From NCBI RefSeq assembly GCF_963921235.1, contig NC_086097.1, forward strand, positions 217,622,001 through 217,686,000: a stretch of DNA of 64,000 nucleotides, in the 5' to 3' direction. Of this stretch, positions 40,240-50,840 are shown one piece after another. The DNA is from Mobula hypostoma (lineage: Eukaryota). The notes under the pieces are model-generated. The model saw nothing but the letters and a program-made list of their open reading frames with translations. It was not told the DNA's origin and ran no database searches. The position numbers and the translations under genes are program-made. How positions within the stretch are numbered: position 1 is the stretch's first letter; each line of letters begins with the position of its first letter.

Positions 40240-41649
40240 CTGATGTGATCCTTTGGTTCAATCAGAAGGTCAAAATTTCCGATGACGAAAGTTGTTCAGA
40301 CATACCACTATCAGAGGATCTCCTACTTTTTAAAGTTTATATAAGAAATGACTCCGAGTAATTGGATGATTTAATCTACGTTGCACATCTCAAGACAGAG
40401 ACACAAGTCCAGTTTAAGGAATAATTTATGATGGTTGCAGAATAAAGAAATTCAAGGAGACTGAGATTTCCAGAATAGTAAAAGAACTACTCCATGAGCT
40501 ATGCCTCCAAAAAGTCTCTCTGAAGAACTCGAGATGGAGTTTTGGAATGAGGACGGAGGTAGAACTAAACTTTTTAATCCATAGGCAGACTGGAGATCAT
40601 AGGAATTTTTTTTAAATGGGCTGGGCTTGGTTGTCAGGGTTTAGGCATCAAATAATTTAAAAATAATAAGATCTTGGATAACAGCTAACTGACACCGGGA
40701 AGGGCATCAAGTAATCAGTTCCTCCTGAGATATTCAACAAGGTGTGAACATAGTTGTAGATACCCTGAAATATTCAACAGGGTATGAACATAGTCGTAGA
40801 CAGCCAGATAGTGTGAAAATGTGTCGCTGATGAAGGTTGGCTAATGAGACACTGGCACGCATTTCTAGGAGATACTTAGGTACTAAGGATGCCGAATTAA
40901 GAGGCATAATAATATCTCAGATTACCCGAAGAGCAAGGCAATTCAATAGCTCTGGAGTTTGTATGTAGATTCATGGGTAAGACATGACAATGGATCATTT
41001 TGGAAACCAGACATGATAATTTTCCAAAGCAAACGGAACTTAGACCAACTCATTCCATCAGATATTTTACTGTTTCCTTTGAGTCAGGATAGGGACCTAT
41101 TAATCTCATGAACGTTATGCACAAAACAGTGAAAAATGCACTAAATTATCCTTGTGATCAGGTGTTCTTAATAGCACATTGTTATAGGCATATCTCTGCC
41201 ACTTAAGAGTTCAGACAGGTCTGATTTGTCATCTAATATTCTAACTACATGGAGCCACCCTCAACACTGTAACAAAAGGAAAAATCTTAGCTATCTAGAG
41301 TTTGTAATCCAAAGCTTTCAGAACATACAATAGAACTAAATAATCAAAGGGGGTTTTGCCAGTTGGGATGTGCCACCATCATAAATACGTAATTCTGTAA
41401 GATTACTTGACTACATTCAAAACATTAAAGTAGATGATTACAGCTTTTCAAATTTCAGTTTAATTGTTTATTTTTATTTTTATGTGTTGCTTTAATTGTT
41501 TATTGCTATTTTTGTGTTAAAAAGGTATAAAACATTGCATCAGGGGAGTAAGAGTCTCTTGGGACTCTCCTGAAAGTTTGCTGTGTGAAAAGACTTTAAT
41601 GCTTCCCAATTAAAGCATTCATGTGCCTCGGTTTTAGTTAGTCACAACA
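40240..41649 (+). mobile_element. Putative solo LTR (5' boundary uncertain)
   Basis: 40-bp-period duplication at 40724-40800; TATAAAA 41526-41532; hairpin 41541-41572; ATTAAA 41609-41614; ends GTCACAACA. No convincing TSD found. Confidence 0.4.
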
Positions 41650-43020
41650 GACATCATGGTAGATTTATACAGTAATACAAACACTGTTTTGGTCTGAAAT
41701 GAGAGAACTGAATCCATTGACATCAAAAGGAGCGTCTCATTTCTCCTACCCTTTTCGGTAGAACTGTGTACCCACTCATTTGCACACTGGAGAGCAGAAG
41801 CAGAGGAGTTCACATTATGTTGGACAAAGGAGCCACCAGTTGTTCAGCATCAGTCTTTGCCAACTATCTTAAGCAACTCATGATGGAATGGTCAGTAACA
41901 TTAGCATTTTAAAACTTTCTTTGAAGCCACTGGATTGGAAGTTAACAAAGAAAACTATGAGTTTTTATATCATCTGCAAGGGAAAAACCCTACAACAGCT
42001 GCAAAGAATGGGTCTTTGAGAAATCTAACATCGACTATATACCATCTGGCGAAGTCAAACAATACTTGGGAGCAAGAATAGGTCCAGTATGCGGTATCAG
42101 CATGGAAGAATGGAAAGTGAAACTGGAAGGATGGTTAGAAACTGGAAAGAGCAAAACTCAAGACCATATAGAAGCTCGAGCTTCTCAATACCTATGATCT
42201 CAAGATCTTATTTTAACAGAAGCCTCACAAAACTGCTGCAGAGATCTTGACAATCTTATTAGAACAACTATGAAAGAGATTTTCCACCTCCTCCCAGATA
42301 CACAGACAAGGTCATATATTAGATTATGAGGACACTCAGTCCTCGTTTATTGTCATTTACAAATGCATGCATTAAAAAGTGATACAATGTTCCTTCAGAA
42401 CGATATCACAAGAAAACACAGGACAAACCAAAACTAAAACTGACAAAACCACATAATTATAACATATAGTTACAACAGTGCAAAGCAATACCGTAATTTG
42501 ATAAAGAGCAGACCATGGACACGGTAAAAAAAAGTCTCAAAGTCCCGATAGACTCATCATCTCACGCAGGCGGCAGAAAGGAGGAACTCTCCCTGTCATG
42601 AACTTCAAAGCACCGCCAACTTGCCGATGCAGCACCATTGGAAGCACCCGACCGCAGCAGATTCTGAGTCCGTCCAAAAACTTCGAGCCTCCGACCAGCC
42701 CCTCCAACACAGCCTCTCCGAGCACGACCCTGCCCCCGGCCGCCGAGCAACAAGCAAAGCCGAGGACTCGGGGCCTTCCCCTCTGGAGATTCTGGACAAC
42801 ACAGTAGCAGCAGCAGCGAAACAGGCATTTCAGAAGTTTCACCAGATGTTCCTCCGTGCTCTCACATCCGTCCCCACCAAATCAGGATCGTGCACGGCAC
42901 CCTACTTGACAAATAACAGACATCACCACCGCAGTGGCCGCTGTGAGCTGCATCGCGCTGCCATCTTCTCCTCCCCGCAAGAAATAGTGACAGAGGCTTA
43001 AGTACGCCAAAACTGGAGAC
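41650..43020 (+). pseudogene. Degraded R2-type (RLE non-LTR) reverse transcriptase remnant, split by an insertion at 42320-42976
   Basis: Across frameshifts it reads DIMVDLYSNT...SIDIKRSV...SPTLF...PLICTLES...SASVFANYL...THDGMVSNISILKTFFEATGLEVN...YNSCKEWVF...QYLGARIGP...RAKLKTI*KLELLNTY...DLDNLIRTTMKEIFHL...DKVIY|ARNSDRGLSTPKLE. The motif order matches R2 RT and post-RT regions as recalled. Confidence 0.78.
42320..42976 (-). mobile_element. Non-autonomous Rex1/Babar-like retroelement (~660 bp)
   Basis: Minus strand starts GGAGGAGAAGATGGCAGCG, has a GC-rich body, and ends AATAAA...ATAATCTAA. No RT. Removing it restores the R2 reading frame. Confidence 0.6.
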
Positions 43021-43514
43021 TAAATTTTCAATTTAGTAATTGAGAGAGATAATCCCTTGAGCTCTCCAATAAGATAATTAAAACATCTTTTTTTCAGAAT
43101 GGCCTGGAAAGACGAGAAAATACTACCAAAATGAAGGTTGATAGTTTCTTGATTAGTAAAAGATGTCAAAAGTTATGAGGAGAAGGCAGGAGAATGGGGT
43201 TGAGCAGGATAATAAATCAGCCATGATGGAATGATGGCGCAGACTCGATGGGCCGAATGGTGTAATACTGCTCCTATATCTTATGGTCTTACACAATGAA
43301 AGACAAATAAAGGAATTTACAGAAGGCAAGTATTTTGAATTCTTTGGCTTTATAATTAGAGCTAGAGAACTATGGGACAAAAACAATGATAAATTGAAGT
43401 TCCTTGATATTAACGATATACGTTCTTTGCAAAATACTGTATAGCTCCAGCTTAACAATAAAACTTACAACTGATATACTGCAGATATTTTCGTAAGTTT
43501 AACCGACAGCCATT

Positions 43515-43721
43515 AGCTGGTCAGTGGTGTACTGTTATCAGCACTTTCATGGTATGCTCGGATCCTTCAAACCAATGGTCCAGAGTTCGAATCTGCCAGT
43601 CCCTTACATGCTTTCCATTCATGCTGGGTTGAGCATCGAGCTAACAATTTGGCCTCGTAAAAAACAGTCAAATGCTATGGAAATGGAAAAAAATGCCACC
43701 TGATGCACCACAAGGCGTGAA
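43515..43721 (+). mobile_element. tRNA-derived SINE; its (CAA)n tail resumes at ~48249 after the full-length CR1
   Basis: B box GAGTTCGAATC; body atgctttccat...ggttgag...cgagcta shared with the 12278-12416 SINE. Confidence 0.7.
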
Positions 43722-43823
43722 AAACATAGAAACATAGAAACATAGAAAATAGGTGCAGGAGTAGGCCATTCGGCCCTTCGAGCCTGCACCGCCATTTATT
43801 ATGATCATGGCTGATCATCCAAC

Positions 43824-46823
43824 TCAGAACCCAGCCTTCCCTCCATACCCCGTGACCCCTGTAGCCACAAGGGCCATATCTAACTTCCTTTTAAACATAG
43901 CTAATGAACTGGCCTCAACAGTTTGCTGTGGCAGAGAATTCCACAGATTCACCACTCTCTGTGTGAAGAAGTTTTTCCTAACGTCGGTCCTAAAAGGCTT
44001 CCCCTCTATCCTCAAACTGTGACCCCTCGTTCTAGACCTCCCCAACATCGGGAACAATCTTCCCGCATCTAGCCTGTCCAATCCCTTTAGGATCTTATAC
44101 GTTTCAATCAGATCCCCCCTCAATCTTCTAAATTCCAACGAGTACAAGCCCAGTTCATCCAGTCTTTCTTCATATGAAAGACCTGCCATCCCAGGAATCA
44201 ATCTGGTGAACCTTCTTTGTACTCCCTCTATGGCAAGGATGTCTTTCCTCAGATTAGGGGACCAAAACTGCACACAATACTCCAGGTGTGGTCTCACCAA
44301 GGCCTTGTACAACTGCAGTAGTACCTCCCTGCTCCTGTACTCGAATCCTCTCGCTATAAATGCCAGCATACCGTTCGCCTTTTTCACCGCCTGCTGTACC
44401 TGCATGCCCACTTTCAATGACTGGTGTATAATGACACCCAGGTCTCGTTGCACCTCCCCTTTTCCTAATCGGCCACCATTCAGATAATAATCTGTTTTCC
44501 TATTTTTGCCACCAAAGTGGATAACTTCACATTTATCCACATTAAATTGCATCTGCCATGAGTTTGCCCACTCACCCAACCTATCCAAGTCACCCTGCAT
44601 CCTCTTAGCATCCTCCTCACTGCTAACACTGCCACCCAGCTTCGTGTCATCCGCAAACTTGGAGATGCTGCATTTAATTCCCTCATCCAAGTCATTAATA
44701 TATATTGTAAACAACTGGGGTCCCAGCACTGAGCCTTGCGGTACCCCACTAGTCACCGCCTGCCATTCTGAAAAGGTCCCGTTTATTCCCACTCTTTGCT
44801 TCCTGTCTGCTAACCAATTCTCCACCCACACCAATACCTTACCCCCAATACCATGTGCTTTAAGTTTGCACACTAATCTCCTGTGTGGGACCTTGTCAAA
44901 AGCCTTTTGAAAATCCAAATATACCACATCCACTGGTTCTCCCCTATCCACTCTACTAGTTACATCCTCAAAAAATTCTATGAGATTCGTCAGACATGAT
45001 TTTCCTTTCACAAATCCATGCTGACTTTGTCCGATCATTTCACCGCTTTCCAAATGTGCTGTTATCACATCCTTGATAACTGACTCCAGCAGTTTCCCCA
45101 CCACCGACGTTAGGCTAACCGGCCTATAATTCCCCGGTTTCTCTCTCCCTCCTTTTTTAAAAAGTGGGGTTACATTAGCCACCCTCCAATCCTCAGGAAC
45201 TAGTCCAGAATCTAACGAGTTTTGAAAAATTATCACTAATGCATCCACTATTTCTTGGGCCACTTCCTTAAGCACTCTGGGATGCAGACCATCTGGCCCT
45301 GGGGATTTATCTGCCTTCAATCCCTTCAATTTACCTAACACCACTTCCCTACTAACATGTATTTCGCTCAGTTCCTCCATCTCACTGGACCCTCTGTCCC
45401 TTACTATTTCTGGAAGATTATTTATGTCCTCCTTAGTGAAGACAGAACCAAAGTAATTATTCAATTGGTCTGCCATGTCCTTGCTCCCCATAATCAATTC
45501 ACCTGTTTCTGTTTGCAGGGGACCTACATTTGTCTTTATCAGTCTTTTCCTTTTTACATATCTATAAAAGCTTTTACAGTCCGTTTTTATGTTCTCTGCC
45601 AGTTTTCTCTCATAATCTTTTTTCCCCTTCCTAATTAAGCCCTTTGTCCTCCTCTGCTGAACTCTGAATTTCTCCCAGTCCTCAGGTGAGCCACTTTCTC
45701 TGGCTAATTTGTATGCTACTTCTTTGGAATTGATACTATCCCTAATTTCTCTTGTCAGCCACGGGTGCACTACCTTCCTTGATTTATTCTTTTGCCAAAC
45801 TGGGATGAACAATTGTTGTAGTTCATCCATGCAACCTTTAAATGCCTGCCATTGCATATCCACCGTCAATCCTTGAAGTGTCATTTGCCAGTCTATCTTA
45901 GCTAATTCATGTCTCATACCTTCAAAGTTACCCCTCTTTAAGTTCAGAACCTTTGTTTCTGAATTAACTACGTCACTCTCCATGTTAATGAAGAATTCCA
46001 CCATATTATGGTCACTCTTACCCAAGGGGCCTCTCACGACAAGATCGCTAATTAACCCTTCCTCATTGCTCAAAACCCAGTCCAGAATAGCCTGCTCTCT
46101 AGTCGGTTCCTCGACATGTTGGTTCAAAAAACCATCCCGCATACATTCCAAGAAATCCTCTTCCTCAGCACCTTTACCAATTTGGTTCACCCAGTCTACA
46201 TGTAGATTGAAGTCACCCATTATAACTGCTGTTCCTTTATTGCACACATTTCTAATTTCCTGTTTAATACCATCTCCGACCTCACTACTACTGTTAGGTG
46301 GCCTGTACACAACTCCCAGCAGCGTCTTCTGCCCCTTAGTGTTACGCAGCTCTACCCATATCGATTCCACATCTTCCCGGCTTATGTCCTTCCTTTCTAT
46401 TGCGTTAATCTCTTTTTTAACCAGCAACGCCACCCCACCTCCCCTTCCTTCGTGTCTATCCCTCCTGAATATTGAATATCCCTGAACGTTGAGCTCCCAT
46501 CCCTGGTCACCCTGGAGCCATGTCTCTGTGATCCCAACTATATCATAATCATTAATAACAATCTGCACTTTCAATTCATCCACCTTATTACGAATGCTCC
46601 TTGCATTGACACATAAAGCCTTCAGGCGCTCTTTTACAACTCTCTTAGCCCTTTTTAATGCTTGCCCTGGATTTGTCGGCCTGCCACTTTTACTTTTCCC
46701 CTTTGTACTTTTTGCTTCTACGCTCACTTTACACTCCTCTGTCTCTCTGCACTGGTTCCCATCCCTCTGTTGTGAACTAACCTCCTCACACCTAGCCGCT
46801 TTAATTTGATTCCCACCCCCCAA
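43824..46823 (-). CDS. CR1 ORF2p: APE endonuclease plus reverse transcriptase (no AUG at start)
   Basis: 999 open codons. APE motifs NARS, GITETW, YRPP, GDFN, SDH; RT motifs [25 protein letters not shown]. Confidence 0.95.
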   Translation of the reverse strand: MGGGNQIKAARCEEVSSQQRDGNQCRETEECKVSVEAKSTKGKSKSGRPTNPGQALKRAKRVVKERLKALCVNARSIRNKVDELKVQIVINDYDIVGITETWLQGDQGWELNVQGYSIFRRDRHEGRGGGVALLVKKEINAIERKDISREDVESIWVELRNTKGQKTLLGVVYRPPNSSSEVGDGIKQEIRNVCNKGTAVIMGDFNLHVDWVNQIGKGAEEEDFLECMRDGFLNQHVEEPTREQAILDWVLSNEEGLISDLVVRGPLGKSDHNMVEFFINMESDVVNSETKVLNLKRGNFEGMRHELAKIDWQMTLQGLTVDMQWQAFKGCMDELQQLFIPVWQKNKSRKVVHPWLTREIRDSINSKEVAYKLARESGSPEDWEKFRVQQRRTKGLIRKGKKDYERKLAENIKTDCKSFYRYVKRKRLIKTNVGPLQTETGELIMGSKDMADQLNNYFGSVFTKEDINNLPEIVRDRGSSEMEELSEIHVSREVVLGKLKGLKADKSPGPDGLHPRVLKEVAQEIVDALVIIFQNSLDSGLVPEDWRVANVTPLFKKGGREKPGNYRPVSLTSVVGKLLESVIKDVITAHLESGEMIGQSQHGFVKGKSCLTNLIEFFEDVTSRVDRGEPVDVVYLDFQKAFDKVPHRRLVCKLKAHGIGGKVLVWVENWLADRKQRVGINGTFSEWQAVTSGVPQGSVLGPQLFTIYINDLDEGIKCSISKFADDTKLGGSVSSEEDAKRMQGDLDRLGEWANSWQMQFNVDKCEVIHFGGKNRKTDYYLNGGRLGKGEVQRDLGVIIHQSLKVGMQVQQAVKKANGMLAFIARGFEYRSREVLLQLYKALVRPHLEYCVQFWSPNLRKDILAIEGVQRRFTRLIPGMAGLSYEERLDELGLYSLEFRRLRGDLIETYKILKGLDRLDAGRLFPMLGRSRTRGHSLRIEGKPFRTDVRKNFFTQRVVNLWNSLPQQTVEASSLAMFKRKLDMALVATGVTGYGGKAGF

Positions 46824-46828
46824 CCATT

Positions 46829-47764
46829 CTAGTTTAAAGTCACCTCAGTAGCCCCCGCTAATCTCCCTGCCAGGATATTGGTCCCCCTAGGATTTAAGTG
46901 TAACCCGTCCTTTTTGTACAGGTCACACCTACGCCAAAAGAGGTCCCAATGATCCAAAAACTTGAATCCCTGCCCCCTGCTCCAATCCCTCAGCCACGCA
47001 TTTATCCTCCACCTCATCGCATTCCTACTCTCACTGTCGCGTGGCACAGGCAGTAATCCCGAGATTACTACCTTTGCGGTCCTTTTTCTCAACTCCCTTC
47101 CTAGCTCCCTATATTCTTCTTTCAGGACCTCATCCCTTTTCCTACCTATGTCATTGGTACCTATATGTACCAGGACCTCTGGCTCTTCACCCTCCCACTT
47201 CAGGATATCTTGGACACGATCAGAAATATCCCGGACCCTGGCACCAGGGAGGCAAACTACCATCCGGGTCTCTGGACTGCGTCCACAGAATCGCCTATCT
47301 GACCCCCTTACTATCGAGTCCCCTATCACAACTGCCCTCCTCTTCCTTGCCCTACCCTTCTGAGCTACAGGGCCAGACTCTGTGCCGGAGGCAGGGCCAC
47401 TGTCGCTTCCCCCGGGTAAGCTGTCCCCCCCAACAGTACTCAAACAGGAGTACCTGTTGTTAAGGGGCACAGCCGCCGGGGTACTCCCCATCACCTTCCT
47501 TTTCCCCTTCCCCCTCCTAACCGTGACCCACTTGTCTGCCTCCCGTGGCCCCGGCGTGACCACCTGCCTTCCACTCCTCTCTATCACCTCCTCGCTCTCC
47601 CTGACCAGACGAAGGTCATCGAGCTGCAGCTCCAGTTCCGTAACGCGGTCCCTTAGGAGCTGCATCTCGATGCACTTGGCGCAGATGTAGACGTCCGGGA
47701 GGCTTGGAGACTCCAGGGCCTCCCACATCCGACACCGAGAACAGCAAACTGCCCTCACAGTCAT
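46829..47764 (-). CDS. CR1 ORF1p: Cys zinc finger, leucine zipper, SGNH esterase
   Basis: ATG at 47764. Motifs CCSRCRMW...YICAKC; heptad LLRDRVTELELQLDDL; VIGDSIV, HIGTND, DGLHLN. No internal stops. Confidence 0.93.
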   Translation of the reverse strand: MTVRAVCCSRCRMWEALESPSLPDVYICAKCIEMQLLRDRVTELELQLDDLRLVRESEEVIERSGRQVVTPGPREADKWVTVRRGKGKRKVMGSTPAAVPLNNRYSCLSTVGGDSLPGGSDSGPASGTESGPVAQKGRARKRRAVVIGDSIVRGSDRRFCGRSPETRMVVCLPGARVRDISDRVQDILKWEGEEPEVLVHIGTNDIGRKRDEVLKEEYRELGRELRKRTAKVVISGLLPVPRDSESRNAMRWRINAWLRDWSRGQGFKFLDHWDLFWRRCDLYKKDGLHLNPRGTNILAGRLAGATEVTLN

Positions 47765-47926
47765 AATGCCCCTCTCCTCAAATAGCAACAGAAAATGAAT
47801 GTCAAACCTTCCTCGCCTCGCCCGCTTCCGCCTAAGCCCGTTGAGCCGAAGCCCTTAAGTCTTCACTCTGCTCCCGGCTCACTCCGCCGCCCGCAAACTA
47901 CGCTGCCCGCTCTATGAGGCTTTGTT

Positions 47927-48248
47927 CCTTTTAAATCTGCCGCGCTGCACTGCCCGACGTCACACGCCTGCGCAGTCCCGCCTCTCAGAAAGCCGTTGGA
48001 GAAAAAAAATAACGAAAATTTCAAAAATCTCTTTCTCGGCACTCCCACTCAGACTCTCAGACTCCTTCTTCGAATCAAATCCGAAGCAGGATGTCTGCCC
48101 TTTTAAATCTGCCGCGCTGCACTGCCCGACGTCACACGCCTGCGCAGTCCCGCCTCTCAGAAAGCCGTTGGAGAAAAAAAAAATAACGAAAATTTCAAAA
48201 ATCTCTTTCTCGGCACTCCCACTCAGACTCTCAGACTCCTTCTTCGAA
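47927..48248. repeat. Tandem duplication of an ~148-bp unit in the CR1 5' UTR
   Basis: 47927-48074 and 48099-48248 appear identical apart from A-run length; period 172 bp. Confidence 0.9.
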
Positions 48249-48379
48249 CAACAACAAAAGAACAACAACAACCTATATCTAATCAATTGTAAGATGCACA
48301 GATCAATATTTAATGTTGCTGAAGTTATCATTGCTTATTGTTATATATTGTAATCATTACTGTTTCATAGTTCATAATA

Positions 48380-49175
48380 TAGTGGATTCCGGTTAATTAG
48401 GACACATCGGGATAAGTACATTTTGGCCCAATTAAGCAGTTGCCTCATCTAGTTAAGGTATATAAAAAAAAATCAAATTACCATTTAAATAAGGAACAAA
48501 TTATATATTTAAATGAAATACAGAACAAATTAGAACACTATCAATATTACTACACTATTATAAACTATGTATTAATTCCTAATAGTTATCAATGGAGGAT
48601 ACCATGTTCTTTTGATAAACTGTAAATGAACAAAATCAGTGCAGATAATGGACTGCCTTCATGCAATGCCACTGACAACTACGTTCTCCAAATTAACATC
48701 TTCATTGCAACATTCAAGATGACTGTCGATACTTTCAAGTTCTTCATAGTTGGTAACTTATTGAAGTAATAAAATTACTTCATTTTCACTCCCAGTCTTT
48801 TCCATCATCTCCAAGCCCGCACACTTGAAACGACAGTGAGCAAACAGTTCAGAATGATCGTACTGTTTATTTCTAAGCCACTATCAATGACAACAATCAC
48901 TGCTTTTTGAACACAAGTACAGGCAACTGATGCTATTTAAGAACTGTTTACTCGAAGCATGGTGTAGTGTCCATTAGCCACACAAGTGCACGTGTCTGAC
49001 ACTAGTTAGAAACTGTCTGGAACCAAGTCCAATCAGCCCAATTAAGCAGCATAATGTCTCAAATAAATGAAGGAAATCCAGGCTATTTTCTTGATGAGTT
49101 TTTGTTCTTTAGCAGTTGATCCCAAATAAGCAGCTGCCCTGATTAACCAGTGGTCTAATTAAGCGGAATCCATTA
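48380..49175. mobile_element. Non-autonomous Tigger/pogo-like DNA transposon (MITE)
   Basis: TIRs TAGTGGATTCCGGTTAATTAG and CTAATTAAGCGGAATCCATTA (2 mismatches in 21); TA on the left; internal repeats CCCAATTAAGCAG. Confidence 0.8.
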
Positions 49176-49539
49176 CATAAAATTGAAGTACATCAGCACA
49201 GTCCACTGCATCCCCGACCCAGCTGAAACTAGACCGACCCACACCACCAGGATTCTGACCATCTCCTACGATAATACCTAGAGACCACATTATGGAAAAG
49301 ACTAGATAGCACCAGACAGAGATGGAGAGGGTGCAGATGAGATTTATGAGGATATTGTCAGGTCTGAAAATATTTAAGCTATGAGAAAAGACTGCAGCAA
49401 GGCAAGGGGAGGCTTAGCTTACAGGTATAAAATATGAAAGGGTGAGACAGAGTAAACAGGATATACATTTGAATTAGCAGAAGGGAAAACATTAAGACGT
49501 CACAGATTTAAAGTAATTTGGATAAGGATTAGAAGGACC

Positions 49540-50345
49540 ACAGTCAGTTCAGATTGGCAACTACATCTCCTCCACAATCTTCCTCAGCACAGGGGCACCA
49601 CAGGCTGTGTGCTCAGCCCCCTGCTCTACGCACTTTATACTTATGACTGTGAGGCTAAGCACAGCTCCAATGTGATATTTAGAAGTTTGCCAACACCAGC
49701 ACTGGCCAAATCAAAAGCAGCAGCTCTACTTTCTTAGAAGTTTGTGAAAATTTGGCATGCCATCTAAAATTCTGACAAACTTCTATACACGTGTGGTGGA
49801 CATGGCCAGGAATGGAAACATCTATGCCCTTGTATAGAGGAGGCTACAAAATAAGTAAACACGGCCCAGTCCGTCACAGAGCACTGTTGCAGGAAAGCAG
49901 CATCCATCATCAAGGACCCCATGCCACACTCACTTCTTGCTGCTGCCATCAGGAAGAAGATGCAGGTGCCTTAGGGTCTGTACCACCAGGTTCAGGAACA
50001 GTTATTATCCCTCAACTATCAGGCCCCTGAACTGGAGGGGATAACTTCACACAATTTTACTCCCACCCCCCCCCCCCGTTACTGAACTGTTCCTACAACC
50101 TATGGACTTACTTTCAAAGACTCTTCATCTCATCATTTCCTTTTTTTCCCCTTTCTTTTTGTATTTGTGCAGTTTGTTGTTGTTTTTTGCACACTGGTGG
50201 TAGTCTGTCTTGTTGGATGCCATCTTTCATTGATTCTATTGTGCTTCTTGTATTTACTGTGATTGCCCAGAAGAAAATGAAAATCTCAGGGGTGTATATG
50301 GTCATATATATGCCCTTTGATAATAAATTTACTTTGAAGTTTGAG
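49540..50345 (+). mobile_element. Rex1/Babar-like LINE fragment
   Basis: STGAPQ/GCVLSPLLYALYTYDC RT motif; AATAAA and TTTGAA-type tail. Confidence 0.8.
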
Positions 50346-50564
50346 GAGTGAGAAGATTTTAAGGCAAGAGAGTGGTAGGGGCAGGAACCTTTGCCACATT
50401 TAAAGTGTGGAAGGGGCAGCTGTTTGAAATTGATGGCAGATATGAAGTTACTAATAGGGCTGGATCCCAGAAATAGACAGGGTTGTTCAGCTCCAACAGT
50501 TTGTGGCAGACTCAGCTCCATCACATCAGACTGTGCTCTGACTGCAGATTGTTCACTCTGTCAG

Positions 50565-50739
50565 CTTCACACCAACTGTACGTAAGTTGTATATGTAATG
50601 AAAATGGATTTCATGTTTAAACTTGGGTCTCATCTTCAAGGTATCTCATTATATCAATGCAAATATTCCAAATCTGAAAAAAATCAGAAATCTGAAATAC
50701 TCTGGCCCCAAGCATTTTGGATAAGGGATGCTCAACATG
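50565..50739 (+). mobile_element. Terminal fragment of a Tigger4/Zombi-like DNA transposon
   Basis: ...tgcaaatattccaaatctgaaaaaaatcagaaatctgaaatactctggccccaagcattttggataagggatgctcaacatg followed by TA resembles the mammalian Tigger4 end as recalled. Confidence 0.7.
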
Positions 50740-50840
50740 TATCACTAGAAACAGCATCCAGTGATCCAATAACATGTTTCTCACTGACAACTCAATTTAA
50801 TTAATTATTTGAATCTGAGACCAAATAAACAATTATCTTT

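Larger units (their letters stand above)
43722..48248 (-). mobile_element. Full-length CR1-clade LINE with intact ORF1 and ORF2
   Basis: GC-rich 5' UTR with a tandem duplication, ORF1, ORF2, short 3' UTR and (TTCTATGT)n tail at 43722-43747. Confidence 0.96.

Noticed and set aside
40050..40240. Possible upstream continuation of the R2 RT (PIT and AFD-like traces)
   Set aside because: Needs several assumed indels; too weak to call without an alignment.
40724..40800. Repeat with CRISPR-like unit length
   Set aside because: Only two adjacent copies, no spacers, eukaryotic context.
44206..47690. Several + strand ORFs of 70-167 aa
   Set aside because: Antisense shadows of CR1 ORF1/ORF2.
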